A stretch of 63,998 nucleotides of DNA, filler included, from Globobulimina sp. (taxonomy: Eukaryota), in assembly GCA_003354225.1 (NCBI GenBank). It is 15 parts of 15 records of this genome, joined end to end, with 100 filler letters (N's around TTAATTAATTAA, not from the genome) between each part and the next. Parts side by side here need not be neighbours in the genome. Positions count along the whole stretch, not along the records: positions 51,315 to 55,487 come from PIVH01001524.1; positions 55,588 to 59,759 come from PIVH01001525.1; positions 59,860 to 63,998 come from PIVH01001564.1; 12 more parts are not named here. One strand, written 5' to 3'. Numbering within the stretch: position 1 is the first letter of the stretch; each line of letters begins with the position of its first letter. Both the position numbers and the translations under genes were made by a program. Positions 53,120 through 63,928 of this stretch are shown here, piece after piece. The notes beneath the pieces are model-generated. The model did not search any database. It was not told where the DNA came from and saw nothing but the letters and a program-made list of their open reading frames with translations.

Positions 53120-53388
53120 GGTGTGTTCTGTCTGCTCTTTTGTGTGGGGTGGGCTCTGTCTGCTTTTGTGTGTGTCGTCTAACCTAAACTCTAAAAATAA
53201 TTTTTTTCTGATTGGTTGACTCAAACATATGTGTAATCACTTTATGACGCCAGAACACACCCCAGACAACAGACACAAAAAGCAGACAGAACACACACAC
53301 CACACAAGGGCAGGCAGAACACCCCCCACAAACAAGAGCAGACAGAACACACACCACACAAAAGAGCAGACACAGCCCACGCCACAAT
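53113..53388. mobile_element. Foldback-like element made of about 27-30-bp CACAAAAGAGCAGACAGAACACAC units in inverted orientation
   Basis: Two units on the - strand at 53113-53180 and four on the + strand at about 53260-53388; ends ATTGTGG/CCACAAT. Confidence 0.75.
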
Positions 53389-53469
53389 GACAACAATGCA
53401 TTTTTCTTTATCTTTTTCACTAACACTAACTGAATGTCGTGTAGCTAGTCAGAATTAATTCAATTGTTG

Positions 53470-54585
53470 CGTATGCCACAAAACATGCATTTTTGGACTG
53501 CCAAACGCTTATGTTTAATATCGATGATAATGGTAATCGTTATGTTTATATGGGGCGTTTTGCGGATGACATTTATGACAAGTGTTGATTCTAATGAATC
53601 GGAAATACCCCCCATGTTTATAAAAGAGAAGATACAGCAAACTGAGCAAAGCCCACAGTCACATGTACAGAATCTAAACAAAGGAATAACTTTACTCTTT
53701 GTGGCAGGAATGGAAGGAACAGGCCATCATTTATGGCTAAACATAACAACAACTATGAGCCGATCGTTCCCAAACGATGTTGATGTCACATTCTATCATA
53801 GCGTGAGTCCATATAACTTTTCACCAGATTTAAGAGACTGTTTTGCGATCGATAACACCATCGATGGTCATCATTGTCGCCAAGTCGCTGCTAAACTTAA
53901 ACAAATATATTTGCATAAATACAAAGATAAACAGATTTTAATGCATTTGCGATCCTTTTCATATCCATTTATGGCCTTAGATTTAAAGCATGTTCCAAGT
54001 ATTATTAAATTGAAAACAATCATTAATAATATTAACAAAGACTTGAATCCGGATAAAAATGTATTTACTTTAAAATTTATAGTATTAAAAAGAGAATGGG
54101 TCTCTGCGTTGGTGTCATGTTGCATTAATAGATACGGCCGATGTCATCAAAGAGTAGATATGTTACCAAAAACATTGCATATCCTCAACCAGCAACTAAT
54201 GCATAGTGCAGCGAGTGATTGGTTCATGTTAGATTATGATGATTTTGTTTCGAGAGCATTGCAATATAAATATATTATTGCCGAATGGCTAAATATAAGG
54301 AATATAGATATTGTTGAAACTGGTCTAACATTGGTTGATAATAAGAAAGGCTCCAAAAATGCCACTCAAAAATCGTGGCAGATTGTGAGTGAAAAGATGT
54401 CCAAACGCTCGGCAAATGGAAATATCAAACCACAAAATTTGAATGGTTTGAAAGAGAAAATCAGTGAGAATTTTTATTCTGAGAATGCTAAAGCAAAAGC
54501 TGCATTGTTTCATAATCAATGTGTGGTCGTTACGCCGGAAAACAAGCAATTTCTAAACCAAAGTTTCAAATGTGACATTATTTAA
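53470..54585 (+). CDS. Type II membrane sulfotransferase-like (P-loop) protein
   Basis: N-terminal TM anchor; LLFVAGMEGTGHHLW (5'-PSB-like); FIVLKREWVSALVS (3'-PB-like); LDYDDFV; start codon uncertain. Confidence 0.65.
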   Translation, partial: RMPQNMHFWTAKRLCLISMIMVIVMFIWGVLRMTFMTSVDSNESEIPPMFIKEKIQQTEQSPQSHVQNLNKGITLLFVAGMEGTGHHLWLNITTTMSRSFPNDVDVTFYHSVSPYNFSPDLRDCFAIDNTIDGHHCRQVAAKLKQIYLHKYKDKQILMHLRSFSYPFMALDLKHVPSIIKLKTIINNINKDLNPDKNVFTLKFIVLKREWVSALVSCCINRYGRCHQRVDMLPKTLHILNQQLMHSAASDWFMLDYDDFVSRALQYKYIIAEWLNIRNIDIVETGLTLVDNKKGSKNATQKSWQIVSEKMSKRSANGNIKPQNLNGLKEKISENFYSENAKAKAALFHNQCVVVTPENKQFLNQSFKCDII

Positions 54586-54800
54586 TCAACCATTTTTCTG
54601 AACCTTTTGTGTACACATTTATTTCAGAAAATTTATGCATGAACAATTAAAATCGCTTATATTGATATCCTGAAAGCAAGAATTAAAACAAATTCAATAA
54701 TAATCAATTGAAAATATTAACTATATATTTAAAACGTTACTTATCACACTATTTAAAGTTACTCATAACTAATAATTCAAAATCAAAAACATATCAAAAA

Positions 54801-55487
54801 CTATCCAAGCCGTAATATCCCAGCGGCCATCAACAACTCAATCTTATCTTTAATATGCGGTCTATCCCTCATCGCCTTATACAAAATGGTGTTATCGCCA
54901 GACTGTGCTTGCAATAACACACTGGAAACCTCAGGATCATTCATAGCCGCTTGAACCGCCGGATCTTGCAATGCCCGCTGTCTCTCCTCGTCACTTATCG
55001 GCCCACTTTGATTTCTCCTTTGTATCGCCATCAAAGTGTCTCTTTTCGCAGTGATCAAATCCTCCACAGTCGCATCAATGGCCTCCGCCTGTTTGTACGC
55101 TTCGAGCGCTTTATGATATTCTTTCAAACAATGATGGATTTTGCCTTTGCGTATGTACGCTTTCACGAAGAGCGGTTCTAATTTGATCGCCTCGTCACAA
55201 TCACTCATAGCCGCGTCCCAACGCATCAATTTACAGAAACACGTCGCCCGATTACTGTAAATCTTATGATCGCCCACATTCCGCTGCAACGCTTGCGTAT
55301 ATTTCTCGATCGCGTCTGCAAATTTACCCGCACTGAAACAGACATTTCCTTCTTGCTTCAACTTCTCCGCCAACTCCGGGTCAAACAACGCCTCTTCCTT
55401 CTCTTTGACTTCCTGCCGTTCCAATTTGCGCACTTTTACACGCAACTTATCGTCGTGCTGCTCCACCATCTCGCCCGCGAGCGCCGC
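54801..55487 (-). CDS. STI1: STI1/HOP Hsp70-Hsp90 organising protein, TPR2B + DP2 (5' partial)
   Basis: DPELAEKLKQEGN, YSNRATC, FVKAYIRKG, ALQDPAVQAAMNDP, KIELLMAAGILRLG. Confidence 0.93.
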   Translation of the reverse strand, partial: AALAGEMVEQHDDKLRVKVRKLERQEVKEKEEALFDPELAEKLKQEGNVCFSAGKFADAIEKYTQALQRNVGDHKIYSNRATCFCKLMRWDAAMSDCDEAIKLEPLFVKAYIRKGKIHHCLKEYHKALEAYKQAEAIDATVEDLITAKRDTLMAIQRRNQSGPISDEERQRALQDPAVQAAMNDPEVSSVLLQAQSGDNTILYKAMRDRPHIKDKIELLMAAGILRLG

Positions 55488-55587
55488 NNNNNNNNNNNNN
55501 NNNNNNNNNNNNNNNNNNNNNNNNNNNNNNNTTAATTAATTAANNNNNNNNNNNNNNNNNNNNNNNNNNNNNNNNNNNNNNNNNNNN

Positions 55588-56131
55588 TGGTCCAAATACC
55601 GATGATCCCGTTTTTAGCATGGTTTGGCTGGCAGTCATCATTTTTGTTCCATCCGTTGCTAAATCTGCCACTGAGCCCATTCCTGTGCTTATTTTCACAT
55701 TTTTGATGACATTATATGCTCCTTCCATATTTTTGATTGTATTGAATTGTGCAAATAAACCTGTACCGCCTCCAAAATAAACTTGTCTAACCGCCCCATA
55801 TTGTTGTTCTTCCCATGTAGTTAATGCACTGTCTACTTTACTCAGACCTTTCTGTATATATTGGGCATTAATTTGAGGCATAAAACAAGGCATGTCACAG
55901 AACTTCAATATCTTTACTTTCGTCTTCAAATGAAACTTCCTGAACATTGTCTGCTGTTACATCAAATTTATGATCATCAATATTTTCATGTGCTATAACA
56001 CCACATCGTTGACAATAAGGTTCATCATTATGGGCACAATCCTCTTCTACACATTTATATAGTTTCTTTTTTGATGCTGGACGACTGCAAAAAGAACAAG
56101 TAATCATTTTTTTCGTCATCTTGAGTGCCAT
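55588..56131 (-). CDS. B-box-like zinc-finger protein (3' partial); intron 55852-55903
   Basis: CSFC...C...C...YCQRCGVIAH.....H; 52-nt GTTCTG...CAG intron restores frame. Confidence 0.6.
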
Positions 56132-56178
56132 GGTTGAAGTAAGTGCTTTCAAAATCTGCGTTTGTAAGTAATTATACC

Positions 56179-57535
56179 ATGTCAGCGACTAAATACAGCG
56201 TAGGTGATGAAGTGTGTCTTGTTAAAGATCGGCAAGGAATAATCCAATTCAAGGGCCAGATTGAAGGGAAGAAGGGTTCATATTATGGCGTAGAGGTCAC
56301 CGTAGGAGCAGGCAAACACAGCGGAATGTATAAACATGTCAAATATTTTGAAGTTATTATATTTACATATTATATATACCAGTACATATACAAACATATA
56401 TAAACAGTGCGGAGAAGGACAAGGCATATTTGTTGAAGACAGACATGTTTTATATAAAATGGAATATAGTTTCAGCGATAAAGAGGAAGATGAAATACCG
56501 GGATCAGCAACACCGGGAACACCGGAAACAATCATTAAAAAATCTAGAAGATCAAGAAAAAAAAAGGCAAAAAAAGGGAAAAAGAAAAAGAAAAAGAGAT
56601 CAAAATCGCCGTATATAAGACAAATGCAATATATTTCAAGCGATGAAGAATTAGATTTATTAGAAACTGACGCGGCGATCAGTTTGTTGTCATTATCAAA
56701 AATAGAATTAATCCAAAAATGTAAAGCCAAAGGAATTGTGTGTTTAGGTAAAAAGGAAGAATTAGTTCACAAACTATTGACAACCAAACAAGTCAGAAAC
56801 TATTCCTTTAAACGGGTAAACTCATTCACATTAAATGCAAAAGATTATAAACACGAATATTTGACATTATATGAGTGTAATTATTATTTTATCTGCGGAT
56901 ATATTAAACAAAATATGGTCAGAATCGAAAACAATGCAATAAAGATTACGTTGCTGCAATATATTCAGAGTGTGATCCCATTCTTTGATGTCTGTCCAAA
57001 GGAATATAGGAAAGAGATCAAACAGAATGGCTCGGTGATAAAACAAAATAAAACAAGGAAACAATTTTTGGTGGGCTGCTCCAAAGGGTTTGCACCAAAC
57101 AGCGGTATTTATCGGTTTTCAATAAGAATAAATAAGTTAAATAAGAATCGGAATAAAAATGAAAAAGAGAAGGATGAATTTGGTTTATTGTCAGATAGGA
57201 AATATATTCGCATGCGAGATGTCGAGGATGATGTTGCTTTATGGAATGTAGATTGTAATTCGTATTATATTTCATTGAATAATGTGTATGGAACGCATAA
57301 GATATCGAGTGGTGGCTTTAATCGACGTAAAGTTGGATTGTTGTCAAACGATTCTAAGCCAATTAAACGGCTGGATATTGTTACCATTGTATTAAATACA
57401 AATAGATCGAGATTGTATTTTGAGAAAAATGGAAAACGATATTGCGAATCGTTTGATATTGTACCAAATTGTGTATACTATCCGTGTGTTAGTTGTGGCT
57501 GTAAACATAATGAATATGAAATCGTGTTTTTTTAA
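56179..57535 (+). CDS. CAP-Gly + SAP-like + SPRY-like protein; intron 56353-56407
   Basis: VGDEV...GIIQFKG...YYGVE...GKHSG....KYFE|C....GIFV (CAP-Gly); LSKIELIQKCKAKGI...GKKEELVHKL (SAP); C-terminal SPRY-like beta motifs ending YYPCVS. Confidence 0.8.
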
Positions 57536-57610
57536 TTATATTATTACTTTTTCAATATCTTTCCTCCCCTAAACTAGTAATATAAACAATTAAAGGCAAA
57601 CAAAAAGTAT

Positions 57611-59759
57611 TCACCATAATATACATTTATTTTGTGGATTCATAGCAGATCCAACGGGGCAATTAAATGTGTCTGCAAAAGCTTGCGCATTTTGTACAAC
57701 AGCAACCATTCTGGGCTTTTCCGGGGAATGAGTCCAATAATATCCAGGTTGTGTAATTTTATCATCGATCATAAAACTTTTTTGTCCAAATATCACAAAA
57801 AGTCCTTGCAAATCCGATCCAATATAATTTCTCATGATTTAGATGTTGTAATCCTGGCAATTCCACCTCATCCCAATAATCATTGCTTTCTTCAATATAT
57901 TTAGTGAATGCAAGGTATGATTCTTGAACTCCTGCATTGTCCGCACAATTTTCAGTGATTGAATTTGTTCCATTTAAAAATATACCATTTACACTCAAAT
58001 TATCATATTGTTTTATAAAACAGTCCATTTTTTGTGCATAATTTGTAAGTGTTGAATTTGTCCAAATTGACACTTTTGTTCCATTCCAATTAAATCCAGA
58101 TCCCGAAGGGTCAAATGCGTGAGAAATCTCGTGCCCAATGACACCGCCAATTGCTCCAAATTTCATGGCCGAGGGATAATTCATACGGAAAAAGGGAGAA
58201 ATTGATATTGTCCACGGCATAACAAAGAAATTTCCATTTTCATTTGCTATTCTTTGACGATTGTAAAATGCAGTAATTTGGGTCAACCACGAATCCTCAT
58301 AACGACCATGAATAAGTCGTTCCGGATGCGATAAAGCTAGCGGCCATTGAGGGGAAACCAAATTAGTTTCTACATTTCCTTTGAATCTTAGTAACATTTG
58401 TGCTTGTTTGAAATCTATTAATTCTTCATAATTTTGCACAAAATTAGATTCATTTAATGTCATATTCAAATAATAAAGATTCAAATTGCTAATATTTCTA
58501 ACTTTTGGCGGTAAGCCAGTGTACATTCTCATACTTTGTGCTTTTAACAATACATTGTTTTTGGATTCTTGGTCCATCCATTCAGCGGATTCGATCAATG
58601 GAATTGCCCCTTTTTGCATGATATAATGTGAGATTTTGTCAATTTCAGTTTGAGCGGCAATTCCATACATTTTTTTATCCAAAATATGAGCGTAAATATA
58701 ATTAAATCCATTTTTGGTTAATTCAAAACAAAACTGCTTGCGATCAATTTTATTACTTTGATGTAATGATTCTTTGTTTGATAAAATACTCAAATATAAA
58801 AAGTACTGTACAGTGATTGGTGGCGTACTTTCAATCAAAACACGAAAATCATTAAAGAAATCAATACCATTTTGCAAATAAATAATATATTCAATCTCTG
58901 ACGAAATGGATTCAATTTCAAATGTATTGAAAATTAATTGGGAATAGTTCAAAATTGAGGATGCCCCAAAAATATCATTAATTTCATCAAATTGCATCGA
59001 TGATAATGTATCTGCGTTATATGGCTCTTTTTGTATTGTGCTGATATTTGCAATTTTATTCATAAAATCAATGATTTCATCAGAGATAATATTTCTTTCC
59101 GTTTCATTTAATCCGAATAATAATTCAAATTCTTTTTTGTATACATTATCCATCATATTTTTCCAAAACGTCACATTAAATCCAATCCATATATTTCCAT
59201 TTTGATAAATTGAAGGAATTTGTTGTGAATAAGTGTTTAAATTAAAAAATAAATTCCATCTTCGACGAGATAACCATTTTAATGCATTTTGGAAACGATG
59301 AATTTCAATGAATGTCCAATTAATATTTAAATCCATATTATTAATAATATTTTGAGTGAAATTCACATTTTCAATGAATTTATTTAATAAAATGTTTGCT
59401 TCAATTTCTTCTTTATTTGCATTTGATGAATAACACGAATCGTAAAATGTAATCACTTTTCGAATGCTACTTTCATTTAAATTCAATCCATTCTTATTTG
59501 TAAATATTGCTTCTAAGAATGCATCTTTTTGCAAATCAGCCATTTTATCTAAAGCTCTATATTGGTGCTCTCCATTTTGCGCCAATTTATATGAATATTC
59601 TTTGGTAAATCCATGACATGAATAACTGAAGAAATCATTGCATGGATCATAGGATTCATCCATATAAGATAAGATTTCTTGAGATAATTCAATACATTCT
59701 TGCCTAATATATCCATGTATGATTGGCATTGCCCATAAGCTTGCTTTAAATCTGCAAGT
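57611..59759 (-). CDS. Neprilysin/ECE (M13) metalloendopeptidase (5' partial) with a frameshift near 57762-57785
   Basis: DPCNDFFSYSC, TAFY, FGAIGGVIGHEISHAFD, ENCADNAG; the terminal HSP...R...FNCPVGSAMNP..KC.LW lies in the +1 frame. Confidence 0.9.
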
Positions 59760-59859
59760 NNNNNNNNNNNNNNNNNNNNNNNNNNNNNNNNNNNNNNNNN
59801 NNNTTAATTAATTAANNNNNNNNNNNNNNNNNNNNNNNNNNNNNNNNNNNNNNNNNNNN

Positions 59860-60229
59860 TTTTTTTCAAAACCTGCTTTTTTTTTTTTTTTTTTGTGTCT
59901 ATCGCCTGTTTTTCCAAAAGTGCAATGGATGTAAAGCATCTCAAAAATTTCCTTTTTGTGTCTTCGTCGAATATTCCTATCGGTAACTGTTTTTTTGTAT
60001 GGGATTGGCGTTTTGGTGTGCGATTAAATTCAGTTTTCCCTCTTCCTCCGCATTTTTCCTCTGCAGGCAAGTTGAATCTCACTTTTCTAGTGTTTTTGCA
60101 ATGTACTGCAGTTTTTTTTGAGCTTGTACTCAATGTGCGTGTGCATTTTAATTTTAATCTGGTTGCTGGTTGTAACTTTACTATGCGTCGACGCCATTTA
60201 TTGTAGCTAACTCTTTGAAGAGATTTCAT
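59860..60229 (-). CDS. Very basic ORF divergent from the transposase (3' partial)
   Basis: About 123 open codons from ATG to the contig end; K/R-rich; contains KVRF. Confidence 0.4.
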
Positions 60230-60380
60230 AATTTTGGAATTAGGGCTATTTAATTATATTTCATAATGACGTAATTATTACATTTAAAAATAATAATTCA
60301 TATTACATATTACATCTTCAATAATTATATCATCTTCAAAATAATATCTGCATTCTACAACATACGCAAATATCAAAGCA

Positions 60381-63300
60381 ATGGAAACTATCTCAATGGT
60401 TGAAGTATATAAAAGCATCGCAATATGTAAAGAAGCTGAGATTATATCAAAAATTGTATCGGAAAAAACAATCCGTTTGAAACAAGCCATCGATATCGGA
60501 AATAAAGGAACATTGGATACAAGTCATCATATTACGGTTTTTATTACAAAATGGTGGGATGAAAAAACATTAATTTTGGATGGTATTGACACAAATATGA
60601 CTGTATTGGGACTCAAACATCGGATAAAAGAAAAATGCATTACATTTAATATACAAACGGAAGATATGGCATTGTATAGATTACATTGCGACAATGTAAC
60701 ATTAAAAAAATGTCGCATATCAAATTTGGAAACAATAATGATGAATCCTAAAAATTGCATAAAAGGTGGAGGAATGGATAGATTTGACATTGTTTATGGT
60801 GACATTGACAGTGACAGTCAAAATGAAATGGAAATAACTCGCAAACGCAAATTGCCTCTCTTGCCACGTCCGCCAAGAAAAAGACAAAAACTTGGTAAAA
60901 AAAATAACAATTTCACTGATCACTTTGAAATCAGAACACTAACATCAGAGTCAACTTCTCCAGTCAACTTCTCCAGACATGGAGCATTCAATAAATCCAT
61001 TTTTTTTTCGAAACGTAATACAAATAAACATAATAAAAATATATCAAATAATAAAAATATATCAAATGTATCAATAACAGACAGTGAGAGCGAAGAAAAT
61101 ATTGCAGTAAGTCTAAATGAGTCAGAATATACTGCATCTGAAAAAGAGTTAGAATATACTGCTGACCTAAGTAGTGATGATGATAGTGATTGGGGCAAAT
61201 CAGAATTATTACGTTTAGAACAAAAATATGAAAAAAAAATCAAAAAATTAAAAGATGATCTTTTGAAAGAAAAACGTAAATGTAGAGACTTATTACATTT
61301 AAAAGAAAAACATGAAGAAATTATCAAAGATTTAAAAGATGATCTTTTGAAAGAAAAACGTAAATCTAGAAAGGGTAAAAAAAATACAAACAAATTCAAG
61401 GATAAAACAACTGAATTACCAACAAAATCAAATTCTAAATCATCAAGAGTGAGAAGTTCTAAAAAGATTGCAGCTGGTATCAAAGATTTATCGCATTTGG
61501 AAAAAGTTTTAAGACATATGCCAGATATAAAATCAGAGTATAATGATAATATCATTAATGGATACATCAAAACAAAAAATAAAAAAAATGCAAAATATAA
61601 AAGAAATATGGGATGGTCATTGCGTTCAGCCGCTATTATTTGTCATTCAAACAGCAGCAGACGTTCATATAATCTTCTAACTACTAAAAAATATAAAATA
61701 TGGGATGAAGAGACTCAAGAATTAGTGGATGTGGACTTAGGAGATATAAAGTCCTTAAAACCATCATGTTACAACACAATATTAAAAAGAATTCAACTAT
61801 TTTATGTAAATCATTCAGGATATAAATGGAATCCGTCAATTGACTATAAAATAATACAAAGATCAATAAAACATGTAATAAAACAAGATATAAAGTTCGC
61901 TATCAAATATAAGGTAGAATCAAATGAACTAGTTCGAAATTTAGGAGAATTTGTAAACAACAATCCAAATGCATCAATATATCGAAGTAAATCTTTCATC
62001 TTTTTTTTTAGTGACGGCACCGGAGTTCGAAGTGGACGAGATGGTTTATTAGTATCTGCAGTATCTACCACTCATTATGAGGATCATGCAAGCTCTGTGT
62101 TCACACAGACAGATGTGTTCGCAGCAGAGATTAAAGAAAAAGGTGACAGAGCGCTGCAACATTATAAAGAAGCAAATAAAGAACTAAAAGAAATCATAGC
62201 AACAGGATCAATTACAGTTAACATTGCTGAAAACTTCAAAGTGGTTGAGAGTTATTCAGGTGCTCAAATGGTTGCAGATATGGGATTATCACCAATGTGG
62301 CGAAATACTAAAGGATTAAATTCAACAATATTTGATTGCGTTGGATGTGTTTTATCTGGAAATAAAAAAAAACAAACATTTATTTCAAAGACAAATTGGA
62401 CTCAGTATATTGATATTGCTAGTAAGACACCAACAGAAATACAAAAATCAAAAAGCAAAAAACAATCATATACACCAATCACACCAGAAATCGCTGTTAA
62501 CGAAGGTAAAAAAATACAGGAGATTTTCGATGCTGGCAAAAACAAATGGAAAGAAACCAGACACAATTTTCATCGAAACAAAATAGCAAATTCACAGGGT
62601 TCTGTATTTTTAGGTTCGCCAGTAGCTGAGTTAGCATTTGGTCCGATTTTACCAGTATTGCATATTACATTATCATTACATGATGTTGCAATCTCCAAAT
62701 CTATGGTAAAAGCAACATCACGTGGTTTTACAATGGGTCCGTCTGTTTTCGATGCGTTCGAAGCAATGGGCCCATCAACATTTCTCAAATCCACTAGGTT
62801 GCAGCTAGAAAAACTTGCAATCAAAAAGAGATCAAAACCTATACATTCCACAGGAACAATGGCAATATATGGAATTAACAGCAAATATAATAAACGTTAT
62901 TTTAACGAAATGGCAAAATCAATTGCTAATACTTCAATAACTAAAAAAAACAAAATAACATCAAATGATAAAATATACCATCAAATATTATGTAGTATTA
63001 CATATTTAGTCTTATTTTTTGCATCATATCCTATATTAATCTCAAAATTAAAGATATTAACAGAAGACCAACATAAAAAAGCAGAGGAATATGGAAGAGC
63101 TGCTTTAACTTTGGTCAAAGAATTCCATACCTCATTTTTCTGGGGATATTTGTGGATATGTTGCAAATCTCTGCCACTATTTATTAGATGGTCTATTGAT
63201 ACAATAGGGAAGAATCAATTCATAGCATATGACGGCAGACATGAATCAGATTTGAAGGATTGGAAACGAGAACATAAATTAAGAAATAATAATTCGAAAA

Positions 63301-63779
63301 AGTCTTTGCAAAGTCTAGGAAATAGAATGGATATGAAACGTAAAGCAACCATTATTACTGGTTTATGGAATTATAAAACATCAGAAGAACAGGCACGAAA
63401 ACAACGCCATTTATATCACCAACGAAAATTATTTGCACACGACATAATAAATGAAAATGAATCACATTTGTTGTATGTACAAGAATTATTTGATTTTGCA
63501 CTTAAAAAAAGAAAAAAAATGCCAGAATCATTCATGAACATTATAAATGACCCAAAAATAACAAAAGATTGTAAACAGACAGAAACATTATTACAGCAAA
63601 TGGGAGAACGAAAGCCAGAAAATGATGGAAAAGACAAAGAAAAAAGTAACGAAGAAATACGAAACGATCCGGAGTTAGAACAAGTTGACGCTGAAGTATT
63701 GTTTTCAAATGACAGTAACAGTAACAGTCACAATCACAATCAAAAAAGAGAAATTTCGTCATCAGATGATTTTGAATAA
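60381..63779 (+). mobile_element. RAG1/Transib/Chapaev-type DDE transposase fused to an N-terminal ubiquitin-like domain, 1132 aa
   Basis: Ordered motifs S...Y..L, FSDG (D545), VAD (D633), CxxC (653/656), PVLH (H761), HES..K (E955); Ubl at aa 51-130 ending GG; intronless. Confidence 0.78.
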
Positions 63780-63921
63780 TCAAATTAAATTTGTTTTGTT
63801 AATTGTAATTATCGCATTGTAAAATTGTAACATTCCTAATCATATTATTTGTTAATTCTTAATTGTTAAATGTTTTGCGTTGCGATGGCTCCGAATGTGC
63901 GCTCATCATCGCATAAATTCG

Positions 63922-63928
63922 CACTGTG
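63922..63928 (-). repeat. RSS-heptamer-like candidate transposon terminus (CACAGTG on - strand)
   Basis: CACTGTG on + strand 142 nt after the transposase stop, followed by GC-rich GGCCA. Confidence 0.5.

Noticed and set aside
57778-57784. A_AAA_AAG classical -1 slippery site in neprilysin
   Set aside because: The -1 frame reaches TGA within three codons; the conserved tail is in +1.
52870-57785. Shared Arg-TGA +1 frameshift signal in the RGS (AGA TGA) and neprilysin (CGA TGA) sequences
   Set aside because: Only two cases; the RGS copy has an additional in-frame stop, and its consensus spacing fits a 2-nt deletion better than ribosomal skipping.
4180-59859. Regularly spaced TTAATTAATTAA repeats resembling an array or chromosome-breakage signal
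   Set aside because: Embedded in exact N44 flanks between size-sorted contigs; a synthetic linker. Adjacency across linkers carries no biological meaning.
59860-60229. RAG2-like gene
   Set aside because: No kelch or PHD motifs in the visible part, and the orientation is divergent rather than convergent.
60920-61570. Long antisense ORFs (216 aa here; 214 aa at 7624-8268 and many shorter ones)
   Set aside because: Shadows of biased sense-strand codon usage, with no motifs of their own.
63880-63921. Canonical 12/23 RSS nonamer next to the heptamer
   Set aside because: Sequences at 12 nt (ATGATGAGC) and 23 nt (ACATTCGGA) do not match ACAAAAACC.
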